Origin: Eledone cirrhosa
Lineage: Eukaryota
Assembly: GCA_964016885.1 (NCBI GenBank)
Contig: OZ024764.1
Span: forward strand, 5,208,001-5,272,000
Direction: 5' to 3'
Length of the DNA: 64,000 nucleotides
The position numbers and the translations under genes were made by a program. How positions within the stretch are numbered: the first letter of the stretch is position 1; every line of letters starts with the position of its first letter. The notes below the pieces were generated by a model that saw only the letters and a list, made by a program, of their open reading frames with translations, ran no database searches and was not told the DNA's origin. Of this stretch, positions 9,242-21,173 are shown one piece after another.

Positions 9242-11646
9242 TATCATATATGCCAGTGTACAAGTTGACATTTGGAGCCTAAAAATATCTCTCCAAAACC
9301 AGGGGTCGACTTGTCTGCTGAATATAGTATGTTACCTTTACCACTGAGGGGTAAACAGTGAAACTGCCTGCCTAACACTTGTTGTACACCACTTACCATA
9401 ACTCTAGCAACCCACCACATTTATTTCTACTGAATCTCATATTTGTTAAGTTTAACGTAGAGATTATAGTAATATCAATGTCTTGCTGTAGCTTATAGGG
9501 TAGGTTACTGTTGGGTAGGTTACTGTAGCGTAGGTTACCATAGGGTAGGATAGTGTCTGGTAGGTTACCATAGGGTAGGTTACTGTAGGGTAGGTTACTG
9601 TAGCGTAGGTTACCATAGGGTAGGATAGTGTCTGGTAGGTTACCATAGGGTAGGTTACTGTTGGGTAGGTTACTGTAGCGTAGGTTACCATAGGGTAGGA
9701 TAGTGTCTGGTAGGTTACCATAGGGTAGGTTACTGTTGGGTAGGTTACTGTAGCGTAGGTTACCATAGGGTAGGATAGTGTCTGGTAGGTTACCATAGGG
9801 TAGGTTACTGTAGGGTAGGTTACGATAGGGCAGGATACTGTAGGGTAAGTTACTGGAGGGTAGGTTACCATAGGGTAGGTTACCGTAGGGTAGGTTACCA
9901 TTGGGTAGGTTATTATAGGGTAGGTTACCACAGGGTAGGTGACCATAGAATAGGTTACTGTAGGGTATTTTACCATAGGGTATGTTACCATAGGGTAGGT
10001 TACCTTATGGTAGGTTACCTTAAGGTAGGTTACCATAGGGTAAGTTACCATAGGGTAGGTTACCTTAGGGTAGGTGACCATAGTGTAGGCTACCATAGGT
10101 TAGGTTCTGTATGGTAGGTTAGGTTACTATAGGGTAGGTTACCATAGGGTAGGTTACGATAGGGTTAGTTACCATAGGGTAGGTTACCATAGCGTAGGTT
10201 ACTATTGGGTAGGTTACCATAGGGTAGGTTACTGTAGGTTAGGTTACGTAGGGTAGGTTACCATAGGGTAGGTTGCCATAGAGTAGGTTATTATAGGGTA
10301 GGTTACCATAAGGTAGATTACCTCAGGGTATGTTACCATATGGTAGGTTACCATAGGGTAGGTTACTGTAGGGTAGGTTACCATAGTGTAGGATACCTTA
10401 AATTAGGTTACCACAGGAAAAGTTACCATATGGTAGGTTACTGTAGGTTAGGTTACCATAGGGTAGGTTATCATAGGTTAGGTTACCAAAGGGTAGGTTA
10501 CTATAGGTTGTTACCATTGGGTAGGTTACTGTAGGGTAACATAGGTTACCATAGTGTAGGTTAATATAACATAGGTCACCATAGTGTAGGTTACCTTAGA
10601 TTAGGTTACCACAGGATAGGTTACCATATGGTAGGTTACTGTAGGTTAGGTCACCATAGGGTAGGTTACTATAGGGTAGGCTACTATAGGTTGTTACTAT
10701 AGGGTAGGCTACTATAGGTTGTTACCATAGGGTAGGTTACTATAGGTTGTTACCATAGAGTAGGTTACAATATGGTTGGTTACCATAGTGTAGGTTACTA
10801 TAACATTGGTTACCATAGTGTAGGTTACCTTAATTTAGGTTACCATAGGTTAGGTTACCGTATCGTAGGTTACTGTAGGTTAGGTTACAATAGGGTAGGT
10901 TACTATAGGGTAGGCTACCAATGATAGGTTATGATGGGTTAGGTTCCATAGGGTAGGTTACCACAGTATATGTTACCATATGCTAGGTTAGGTTACCATA
11001 GGGTAGGTCACCATAGTGTAGGTTACTTTAGATTAGGTTACCATAGGGTAGGTTACCACAGGATAAGTTACCATATGGTAGGTTACTATAACATAGGTTA
11101 CCAAAGTGTAGGTTTCTATAGGTTGTTACCATAGGGTAGGTTACTGTAGGGTAGGTTACTGTAAGGTAGGTTACCATAGGGTAGGATACTGTAGGGTAGG
11201 TTACCAGAGGGTAGGTTATTATAGTATAGGTTACCGTAGGGTAGGTTTCCATGAAGTAGGTGACCATAGGGTAGGTTACTATAAGTTAGGTTACCATAGG
11301 GTAGGTTTCCATGAAGTAGGTTACCACAGGGTAGGTTAACATAAATTAGGTTACCTTAGGGTAGGTTACCATAAGTTAGGTTACCATACGGTAGGTTACC
11401 ATAGGTTTGTTAAGGTTAGGCTAGGCTGGTCTACACGGTGAGTTAAAACTCACTTGTGACTGTAGTGTTTTAGAAGAAGTGTCTTAATCTTTCGTGCACC
11501 ACTAAATTTTTTAACTATTTCCCCTGAAACTGCCTTATTTTGGGGAGGTTATCTTATCAATCGAATAGCGTCCTAAATCTAAATTACACCTCAGAATTTT
11601 AGGGGCCACGCTATGTACCGGATAGACTTGTACACCGGCATATATA
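9242..11646 (+). mobile_element. pogo/Tigger-like non-autonomous DNA transposon containing a 15-bp minisatellite (9494-11425)
   Basis: Left end TATCATATATGCCAGTGTACAAGTTGAC is an inverted repeat of the right end GACTTGTACACCGGCATATA(TGGTA); TA-flanked. Confidence 0.7.
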
Positions 11647-11984
11647 TATATGCAAAGAGAGCGAGAGAAACAGCGGGAGTGAGAGAGATACATTAAAACA
11701 ATAACAGAGGTCTGACTGGAGAATTTACTTTAGAATTTTAAGAGAAAAGAGGAAGGTTTCAGACTTCTGGAATTCCTTCACGAAAATGTCCTATTTATCT
11801 GTAACACAAACTTAAAAAATGAGACAACCACTTAATAACATATAGATCATGTGAGCCCACCAGCTAGATAGATTTCCTTGTTACCATAAGACAGAGTGAC
11901 TGTTATAAACACAAAGTCCCTCCCCAGTGAAGAATGCACCTCCCAACATACCTTAGGAGACAAACTGGAAGAAAAGATTATAGA

Positions 11985-13070
11985 TCAAAATCAAAAGGTC
12001 TTAAAGTCAATTTGGTAAAGACTAAAGTTCTAGTAAGTAGAAAGGAAAACAGGGCCCAGATCTCTTCAGGTAAACTGTCCTGCTCAGTGTGCAGAAAAGG
12101 AGTAGGTAAAAATTCCATCCTATGTCCCATATAGAAATGATGGGTACACAAAAGATGTCGTGGGATCTCAGGGAGGCTAACAAAGAACGTAGCTTCTACA
12201 TGTGGCCAATGAACAGGAGCAGGAAATATCAAGAGCTCTCGGGTTACAATCTCCTTCAAATACCCGAAAGTCTCTGTAGAGGTGGTAGATAGTTTCTGTT
12301 ACCTAGGTGACTAAATCAGCAGTGGAGTAGGGTGGTCCCAAAACTCAGTAACAAGAGTGAGATTAGATTGGAGAAAGTGCAGGGATCTACTACTACTGCT
12401 AACAACAAAAAGTTTTTCCCTCAAAATGAAGGGCAGACTGTATGATGCAGGTATACAAACAACAATGTTGCACAGCAGCGAGACCTGGGCACTGTGTGTA
12501 GAAGATCTGTAAAGATTGGAAAGAAATGAAGCCTCCATGCTTCAATGGATGTGCCATAGTAATATATGCAAATGGCAAAACATAAATGTACTGCGAGAGA
12601 AATTAGGCATAAGAGGGGTTAGATGCAGTGTGCAGGAGAGGGATTGTTTTGGTATAGACATGTGATGTGTATGAAGGGTGACAGCTGTATAAAAAGGTGC
12701 CGAACAAACAAAGTTGACAGAAACCGTGGAGTGGGCAGGTCTAGGAAGACATGGGATGAGGTAAGGAAAGCTGACTTTGCACAATTACACCTCGCTAAGG
12801 CAATGACACAGGAGGGTGACCTCTGGCGCTATGCACAATTATAGAGGACCTGCCCTCATAAATCCACGAGCTGAGGCATATATCTAGTATGTAACACCTT
12901 CCCCACCATCATCCCTCCCAAACACCTTCACCCCTATAACTACATCCACAATCCACCAGACATTTTCCCTACCAACACCCCACACAAGTTCCCAAACCTC
13001 ACCATAAAGTGGTCCTGCTGCAGCCATGACAAATGTGCCCAGTCCACACTGTACAGTGGTCTTGTAGGTG
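11985..13070 (+). pseudogene. Decayed RTE LINE fragment (paralog of 5270-6270)
   Basis: Same motifs; keeps ~90 bp of 3' region that is absent from the 6130 copy. Confidence 0.88.
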
Positions 13071-13138
13071 TCCTGCCAAAAATCAATATTGGGCCTTAAA
13101 ACCTTGAGTCCCTTTTGTTCTGTGTATGAACATAAATA

Positions 13139-13731
13139 ATTGTTTCTACTTTTGGCACAAGGCCAGCAATTATCCAGTGCATTACTGGTACTTTATTTTA
13201 TCGACCCCGTAAGGATGAAAGGCAAAGTTAACCTTGGCGGGATTTGAACTCAGATCATACAGGGAGGTAACTCTATGCTTCAAAGCATGGCGTCCGACTC
13301 TCTACCGATACTGCCAATCCACCGCCTGAACATAAATAAATAATTGTTTCTATTTTAGGCACAAGGCCAGCAATTACCCAGTACATGACTGGTACTTTAT
13401 TTTATCGACCCCGTAAGGATGAAAGGCAAAGTTAACCTCGGCGGGATTTGAACTCAGATCATAAAGGGACGTAACTCTATGCTTCAAAGCATGGCGTCCG
13501 ACTCTCTACCGATACTGCCAATCCACCGCCTGAACATAAATAAATAATTGTTTCTATTTTAGGCACAAGGCCAGCAATTACCCAGTACATGACTGGTACT
13601 TTATTTTATCGACCCCGTAAGGATGAAAGGCAAAGTTAACCTTGGCGGGATTTGAACTCAGATCATACAGGGAGGTAACTATGCTTCAAAGCATGGCGTC
13701 CGACTCTCTACCGATACTGCCAATCCACCGC
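13139..13731 (-). mobile_element. Three tandem full-length tRNA-derived SINEs (~203-bp period)
   Basis: Minus strand has an A-box-like TGGCAGTATCGG and B-box GAGTTCAAATCC; units are separated by TGAACATAAATAA(ATAAT). Also at 36318-36912 (x3) and 59519-59912 (x2). Confidence 0.82.
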
Positions 13732-13820
13732 CTGAACATAAATAAATAATGTAATATATATATATATGTATGTGTGTGTGTATCTATTTATATATTTAAC
13801 TATATTTTTTGTAATCACAG

Positions 13821-13862
13821 GACTGTTCCACTGCAGAGTTCCGCTAGAGGAAACAGTGACGA
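13821..13862 (+). CDS. Candidate micro-exon type E3 (42 nt), TVPLQSSARGNSD(E)
   Basis: aatcacAG | GACTGTTCCACTGCAGAGTTCCGCTAGAGGAAACAGTGACGA | GTAAGT. Differs from E2 at 12/42 nt with nearly identical flanks. Confidence 0.68.
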
Positions 13863-14160
13863 GTAAGTTTTAGTTTTACACACTATCTAACCATTATTCT
13901 ATCTGTTCCTTCCCGTCTCTCTCTCTCTTTATATATATATATTTATATATACTAAGGTCTATTATTGGTTGTGTAAAACGGTCCAATAAATTTTTGTTAG
14001 CAATATTAAGTTCTCCACGCTTTTGTATATCTCCAATTCCATTCAAGGGAACAGCTAGATGATGTAAAAAAATCCGAAGGCAAGGTAAAATTTCCAATCA
14101 TTTTAATCATGTCGTGATTAAAATGATTGGAAATCTTACCTTCCCTTCGGATTTTCATTT

Positions 14161-14210
<50 letters not shown>

Positions 14211-14769
14211 CTCTGTCTCTTATAAACCACGTTGGCTATTATGACACTCTCTCCAACATAGAGAGCTATGTTGGCGATTATGACTCTCTCTCTCCCTCTC
14301 TATGTTGGCTATTATGACTCTCTCTCTCTCTATGTTGGCTATTATGACTCTCTCTCTCTCTATGTTGGCTATAATGACTCTCTCTCTCTATCTATGTTGG
14401 CTATTATGTCTCTCTCTGTTCAAGGTTTATGAAGTTAGATGAACATCTTCAAAGTCCTCCCATATTCGCCTTGTCTAATATGCGTTCTTGTACCTGATTA
14501 TTTCCCCCAAATCTCCTGGGATGTTATAAACCATGATGGCTACCTATCTCACAATTTCTCTCCTGCCCACCCCCTCACACCACCATAGTCTATTCGACCA
14601 ATCAAACCTCAGAAACATGTCCCCACCCATTACCAACCCCAACAAACTCTGCCATTACTACTACTTCTACTTTTCTTCTAGCCCTTACCAGCCCCAACAA
14701 ACCCTGACATTATTACTACTATTGTCCTTCTAGCTATGGGCTGAGGATAAATGGGGCTACCCCAAATTA

Positions 14770-15987
14770 ATAAATGAATATGAATCCGCGAGTTACCAAG
14801 CACCCATGCAAAGCTTTAATTCAGAGACAGGAAGCATACACACCCCACTGCAAAAATTCACCCTTTCCCACGAGTGGTGGCAAATGCCCAAAACTCCGAG
14901 TTGGAACCATCAATGTAAGCACAATGAAAGGAAGAGCAGGAGAAATTGTAGAGATGCTAGAGCGAAAGAAAATTGATGTATGCTGTGTGCAAGAGACTAG
15001 ATGGAGAGCAGAGTCCGCTGGAGTCCTTGCAGGCAGAAGTCAGTGCTACCAATTTGTCTGGGTAGCAAATGACAACAGGATGGGAGGTGTAGCTATCCTA
15101 TTAGCTGACAAATGGGTAGATAAGGTAATCTCAGTGAACAGGGTGAATGCAAGAATAATGAAACTTGGACTAGTCCTGAATAAAACAATTGCCACAATAA
15201 TATCAGCTTACGCACCCCAATTGGGGTTGCCAGCTGACTATAGCGGGGAATTTAGTTTAGAGGTCGGTGTCCACCAGGGCTCTGTTCTTAGCCCACTCCT
15301 GTTCGTTAAAGTATTGCAAGCAATAATGGAGGTGATTATGACCGGATGCCCATGGGAACTCCTATATGCGGATCATCTCACACTTATAGCCGAATCTATG
15401 GTGGAACTATACTTGCTCAGTATGTAGGAAAGGAGTAGGCTGGCTGCAAAAGGTTTTCCCCTCAAAATGAAAAGCAGACTGTATGATGTGGGTATACGAA
15501 TAGCAATGTTACATAGTAGTGAAACCTGGGCGCCGTCTGTGGAAGACTTGCATAGATTAGAAAGAAACGAAGCCTGCATGCTCCGATGGATGTGTAATAG
15601 TAATATACGCGAACGGCAAAGCATAAATGAATTGAGAGAGTGACTGAGCATAAGAGGAATGAAATGCTGTGTGCAGGAGAGGAGGTTGCATTGGACATGT
15701 GATGCGTATGAAGGATGACAGCTGTATAAAAAGGTGTAGAGCAGTAGAAGTCGATGGAAGCCGTGGAGTGGGGAGACCCAAGAAGAGCTGGGATGAGGTG
15801 ATAAAAGCCGGACTCACTGTAAATGAGGTTGGTGTTAGGAAGGGCATCCAGCTGTAGGAATCAAGCCAGAATCAGTTCCTGTATGAGCAAGACAAGGTCA
15901 GCTGAACAGACACTGCCCACAACAGGACAACCCGTCTAACCCATGCTTGCGTGGAAGAATGGACGTAAAACAGTGATGAAGATGATA
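14770..15987 (+). pseudogene. Internally deleted RTE LINE (APE + RT, YADD degenerate as LLYADHL)
   Basis: ORF 14774-15427 has the APE motif, GVHQGSVLSPLLF and LLYADHL; additional 3' deletion near 15810. Confidence 0.92.
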
Positions 15988-17868
15988 TATCATATATGCT
16001 AGTGTACTATTTGACATTTGGAGCCTAAAAATATCTCTCCAAAACCAGGGGTCGACTTGTCTGCTGAATATAGTATGTTACCTTTACCACTGAGGGGTAA
16101 ACAGTGAAACTGCCTGCCTAACACTTGTTGTACACCACTTACCATAACTCTAACAACCCACCACATTTATTTCTACTGAATCTCATATTTGTTAAGTTTA
16201 ACGTAGAGATTATAGTAATATCAATGTCTTGCTGTAGCTTATAGGGTAGGTTACCATACGGTAGGGTACTGTAGGGTAGGTTACCATAGGGCAGGTTACT
16301 GTAGGGTAGGATACTGTCTGGTAGGTTACCATAGGGTAGGTTACTGTAGGGTAGGTTACTATAGGGTAGGTTACTGTAGGGTAGGTTACTGTAGTGTAGG
16401 TTACTGTAGAGTAGGTTACTATAGGGTAGGTTACTGTAGTGTAGATTACTCTAGGCTAGGTTACCATAGGGTAGGTTACTGTAGTGTAGATTACCATAGG
16501 GTAGGTTACCACAGAGTAGGTGACCATAGGGTATGTTATTATAGGGTAGGTAACTGTAGGTTAGGTTACTGTAGGGTAGGTTACCTTATGGTAAGTTACT
16601 ATAGGGTAGGTTACCATAGTGTAGGTTACCTTATGGTAAGTTACTATAGGGTAGGTTACCATAGGGTAGGTTACCTTATGGTAGGTTACCTTATGGTAAG
16701 TTACTATAGGGTAGGTTACCATAGTGTAGGTTACCTTATGGTAAGTTACTATAGGGTAGGTTACCATAGGGTAGGTTACCTTAGTGTAGGTTACCATAAG
16801 GTAGGTTACTGTAGGGTAGGTTACCATAGGGTAGGTTACTGTAGGGTAGGTTACCATAGGGTAGGTTACTGTAGGTAGGTTACCATAGGGTAGTTTACCG
16901 TAGGTTAGGTTACTGTAGGGTAGGTTAACATAGGGTATGTTAGCATAGGGTTGGTTACCATAGGTTAAGTTCATATAGGTTGTTACCATATGGTAGGTTA
17001 CTGTAGGGTAGGTTGCTATAGGGTAGGTTATCGTAGAGTAGATTACTATAAGGTAGGTTACCATAAGGTAGGTTACCGTAGGGTAGGTTACTATAGGGTA
17101 GGGTATCATAGGATAGGTTACCATAAGGCAGGTTACCATAGAGTAGGTTACCTTAGGGTAGTTTACTATAAGATAGGTTACCATAGTGTAGCTTACCATA
17201 GGGTAGGTTGTTACCATAGGCAAGGTTACTATAGGGTGGGTTACCATAGGGTAGTTTATGATATGGTTGGTTACCATAGTGTAGGTTACTATAACATAGG
17301 TTACCATAGTGTAGGATACCTTAGATTAGGTTACCACAGGATAGGTTACTGTAGGTTAGGTTACCATATGGTAGGTTACCATAGGTTAGGTTAGCAATGG
17401 GTAGGTTACTATAGGTTGTTACCATAAGGTAGGTTACTGTATGGTGGGTTACCATAGGGTAGGGTACCATAAAGTAGGTTATTATAGTGTAGGTTACCTT
17501 AGGATAGGTAACCATAGGGTAGGTTACTATGGGGTAAGTTACCATAGGGTAGGTTCCCATAGGGTAGGTTAATATAAGCTAGGTTACCTCAGGGTAGGTT
17601 ACCATACCATAAAGTAGGTTACCATAGGTTTGTTAAGGTTAGGCTAGGCTGGTCTACTCGGTGAGTTAAAACTCACTTGTGACTGTAGTGTTTTAGAAGT
17701 GTCTCAATCTTTCATGCACCACTAAATTTTTTAACTATTTCCCCTGAAACTGCCTTATTTTTGGGGGTCATCTTATCAATCGAATAGCGTCCTAAATCTA
17801 AATTATACTTCAGAATTTTAGGGGCCGACTTATGTACCGGATAGACTTGTACACCGGCATATATGGTA
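15988..17868 (+). mobile_element. pogo/Tigger-like non-autonomous transposon with 15-bp minisatellite (16241-17650)
   Basis: Left TATCATATATGCTAGTGTAC; right GACTTGTACACCGGCATATATGGTA (the most complete TIR). Confidence 0.72.
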
Positions 17869-17887
17869 TATATATATATATATGCAT

Positions 17888-18222
17888 GGAGGCACATGGC
17901 TTAGTGGTTAGAGCATTGGTCATGCAATCGAAAGGTTGTGAGTTCAATTCTCAGACCGGGTGATGTGTTGGTTCCTTGAGCAAGACACTTTATTTCACAT
18001 TGCTCCAGTTTACTCAGCTGTAGAAATGAGATGATAGGGACTGGGGTCCCTATCATTCCACTGCAAAGTGGTCGTGGAGGTGCCACGGCAAAAAAAGCAC
18101 CCAGCACTCACTGTAAATGAGGTTGGTGACAGGAAGGGAATACAGCTGTAGAAATCAAGCCAGAATCAGTTCCCGTCCCGCCCTTGCAAGCAGGGAAAAG
18201 TGGACGTAAAATGAAATGATGA
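17888..18222 (+). mobile_element. tRNA-derived SINE with RTE-like 3' tail
   Basis: A-box TGGCTTAGTGG, B-box GAGTTCAATTC, central CCTTGAGCAAGACACTT motif; tail matches the LINE 3' end (AAAAAGCACCCAG...GGACGTAAAATG). Copy at 41057-41391. Confidence 0.82.
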
Positions 18223-18519
18223 AAGAGAGATAGAGAGAAAGAGAGGGAGTGAGAGAGATACATTAAAACAATAACAGAAGGTCTGACTGGAGAATTTACT
18301 TTAGAATTCCTTCACGGAAATGTCTTATTTATCTGTAACACAAACTTCAAAAAACAAGACAACCACTTAATAATCGATAGATCAAGTGAGCCCTCCAGCT
18401 AGATAGATTTCCTTGTTACCAGAAGATAGAGTGACTGTTATAAACACAAAGTCCTTCCCTAGTGAAGAATGCACCTCCCAACATACCTTAGAATACAACC
18501 TGGAAGAAAAGAGTATAGA

Positions 18520-19117
18520 TCAAAATCAAAAGGTCTTAAAGTCAATTTGGTAAAGACTAAAGTTCTAGTAAGTAGAAAGGAAAACTGGGCCCAGATCTCT
18601 TCAGGTAAACTGTCCTGCTCAGTGGGCAGAAAAGGAGTAGGTAGAAATTCCATCCTATGTCCCATATAGAAATGATGGGTACACAAAAGATGTTGTGGGA
18701 TCTCAGGAAGGCTAACAAAGAACGTAGCTTCTACATGTGGCCAGTGAACAGGGGCAGGAAATATCAAGAGCTCTCGAGTTACAATCTCCTTCAAATGCCC
18801 AAATGTCTCTGCAGAGGTGGTAGATAGTTTCTGTTACTTAGGTGACTAAATCAGCAGTGGAGGAGGGTGGTCCAAAAACTCAGTAACAAGAGTGAGATTA
18901 GATTGGAGAAAGTGCAGGGATCTACTACTACTGCTAACTACAAAACATTTTTCCATCAAAATGAAGGGCAGACTGTATGATGCAGGTATACAAACAACAA
19001 TGTTGCACAGCAGCGAGACCTGGGCACTGTGTGTAGAAGATCTGTAAAGATTGGAAAGAAATGAAGCCTCCATGCTTCAATGGATGTGCCATAGTAATAT
19101 ATGCAAATGGCAAAACA
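18520..19117 (+). pseudogene. Truncated RTE LINE fragment (third paralog)
   Basis: Paralog of 5270-5870, cut at GGCAAAACATA where the minisatellite begins. Confidence 0.85.
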
Positions 19118-19759
19118 TAGGTTACCATTGGGTAGGTTACTGTAGGGTAGGGTACCATAGGGTGGGTTACCATAGCGTAGGTTACTGAATGGTAGGTTAC
19201 ATTTTGTTAGGTTACTGTAGGGTAGGTTACCATAGGGTAGGTTACCATAGGGTGGGTTACCACAGGGTAGGTTACTGTAGGGTAGGTTACCATAGGGTAG
19301 TTATGTAGGGTAGGTTACTGTAGGGTAGGTTACCATAGAGTAGGATACTGTAGGGTAGGTTACCATAGGGTAGTTATGTAGGGTAGGTTACCATAGTGTA
19401 GGTTACTGTAGGGTAGGTTACCATAGAGTAGGATACTGTAGGGTAGGTCACTGTAGGGTAGGTTACCATAGGGTAGGTTATTATAGGGTAGGTTACCATA
19501 GGTTAGGTTACTATAGGGTTGGTTGCCATAGGGTATGTTACCATAGGGTAGGTTACTATAAGGTAGGTTACCATACCATAGGCTAGGTTACCATATGTTT
19601 GTTAAGGTTAGGCTAGGCTGGTTTACTCGGTGAGTTAAAACTCACTTGCGACTGTAGTGTTTTAGAAGAAGTGTCTTAATCTTTAGTGCGCCACTAAATT
19701 TTTTAACTATTTCCCCTGAAACTGCCTTATTTTTTGGGTGTCGTCTTATGAATCGAATA
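19116..19759. repeat. Partial 15-bp minisatellite with right flank of the transposon
   Basis: Same repeat and the same GGTGAGTTAAAACTCAC flank, truncated before the TIR. Copy at 42285-42928. Confidence 0.9.
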
Positions 19760-19774
19760 ATGTCGTATAGGACT

Positions 19775-20705
19775 ATCTGGCATGTTTTCTATGGCTGGAT
19801 GCCCTTCCTAACACCAACCACGTTTACAGTGTGGGGACTGGGAGGTTTTTACCATGTTAACTACACGGCCAATTTACAGCGTGGACTGTGTGTATTATTG
19901 TCATGACACCTACACAACCTCATTTATTTAGGACTGGATGTTGTGTGACCAACATAATTTTACAGAGATGGGGGTGGGAGTAGTGGGGTGGGGGCGTATA
20001 TTTGGTTAAGAGGTGCCTACTGACTGTAGGTTTCGCTTTGTACTTAGGCAAGGGTGGTCTGCTGTATTACTGCGTAGTGCCAAAGATCTCGGTTCAGTGA
20101 CATTGTCTTGGAGAGGTGTAAGTGTGTGAGATCGGAATTTATCAATTCGTCCCAGGGTTTTCTGGGTCTGCCTACTCCGTGGCTACCATTTATTTTGATC
20201 GCCCTGCACTTTTTTATACAGCTGTCGTCTTTCTTGCGCATCACGTGACCATACCAACGTAGTCTTCTCTCGAGTAAACAACATCTGATCCCTCTTATTC
20301 CTAATTTCTCACTTAGTTCATTTATGCTTTGCCGTTCACGTATATTACTATTACACATCCAGCGGAGCATGCAAACTTCATTCCTCTCCAGTCTGCGTAT
20401 ATCCTCTGCACACAATGCCCAAGTCTCACTGCCATGTAACATTGTTGTTCGTATGCAGGCATCATACGGCCTGCCTTTCATTTTTAGAGAGAACCCTTTA
20501 GCGGCCAATCGTACAATGAAAAGAGCGTCTGTGATACTTTTACCTGACACAAACCCAAACTGCATTTCATCTAGATCAATTCTCTCTCTGATTAGTTGCG
20601 CTATTACTTTTTCTGTGACCCTCATGAACTGGTCAATTAATTTAATGCCTCTATAGTTTCCCCTATCTAGGGCATCTCCTTTACCCTTGTAGCAGTTAAT
20701 GATGA
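19775..20705 (-). pseudogene. Minus-strand internally deleted RTE LINE
   Basis: ORF 20044-20757: KGKGDALDRGNYRGIKL, LDEMQFGF, DALFIVR fused to LAAKGFSLK, RRLRWYGHV and GRPRKPW. Confidence 0.92.
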
Positions 20706-21116
20706 TGATATATATATAAAAGAAATAGGATTTCGCTTCAAGCATATCTTTATACAATATGTATAAATATTTTGTATCTCCAAAGAAATACGGTTTTAGG
20801 AAGCCTTAGCTCTGCAAACCCTGGGGGGCTAACATCCTCTGGTGATGTCCAGCAGAAGCAAAGGGGACAACCGTCTATGCATTTCAGGCTTAACTGGCCA
20901 TCGTCAGGACAGTCCCTCCCACTGCTTGCGACTGCTGGCCAGTTAAGCATGAAATGCATAGACGGTTGTCCCCCTTGCTTCTGCTGGACATCACCAGAGG
21001 CCTTGAAACCCTAAGTCCCTTTTGTTCTGTGTATGAACAGAAATAAATAATGTAATATATATATATGTATGTGTGTGTATCTATTTATATATTTAACTAT
21101 ATTTTTCTCATTACAG

Positions 21117-21173
21117 GAACACCACTAATTTCTCTAATTACAGCCCTTCACTATCCCATTGCAAGAAATTTAC
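21117..21173 (+). CDS. Candidate micro-exon type E4 (57 nt; alternative acceptor gives 30 nt, 21144-21173), NTTNFSNYSPSLSHCKKF(T); weak donor, possibly a pseudo-exon
   Basis: ctcattacAG | GAACACC...AAGAAATTTAC | GTGTTA. The donor lacks 4 nt relative to E1 (GTAAGTGTTACC vs GTGTTACC); internal second acceptor ctaattacAG. Confidence 0.4.

Noticed and set aside
16561-17307. Long (VTYPM/VTYPT)n and (VGYHR)n ORFs up to 248 aa, here and in all 15-bp arrays
   Set aside because: By-product of a 15-bp stop-free repeat frame; frequent frameshifts between paralogs and located inside a transposon-like element.
17888-17960. Possible tRNA gene
   Set aside because: Has A/B boxes but no convincing cloverleaf, and continues into SINE core and RTE tail sequence.
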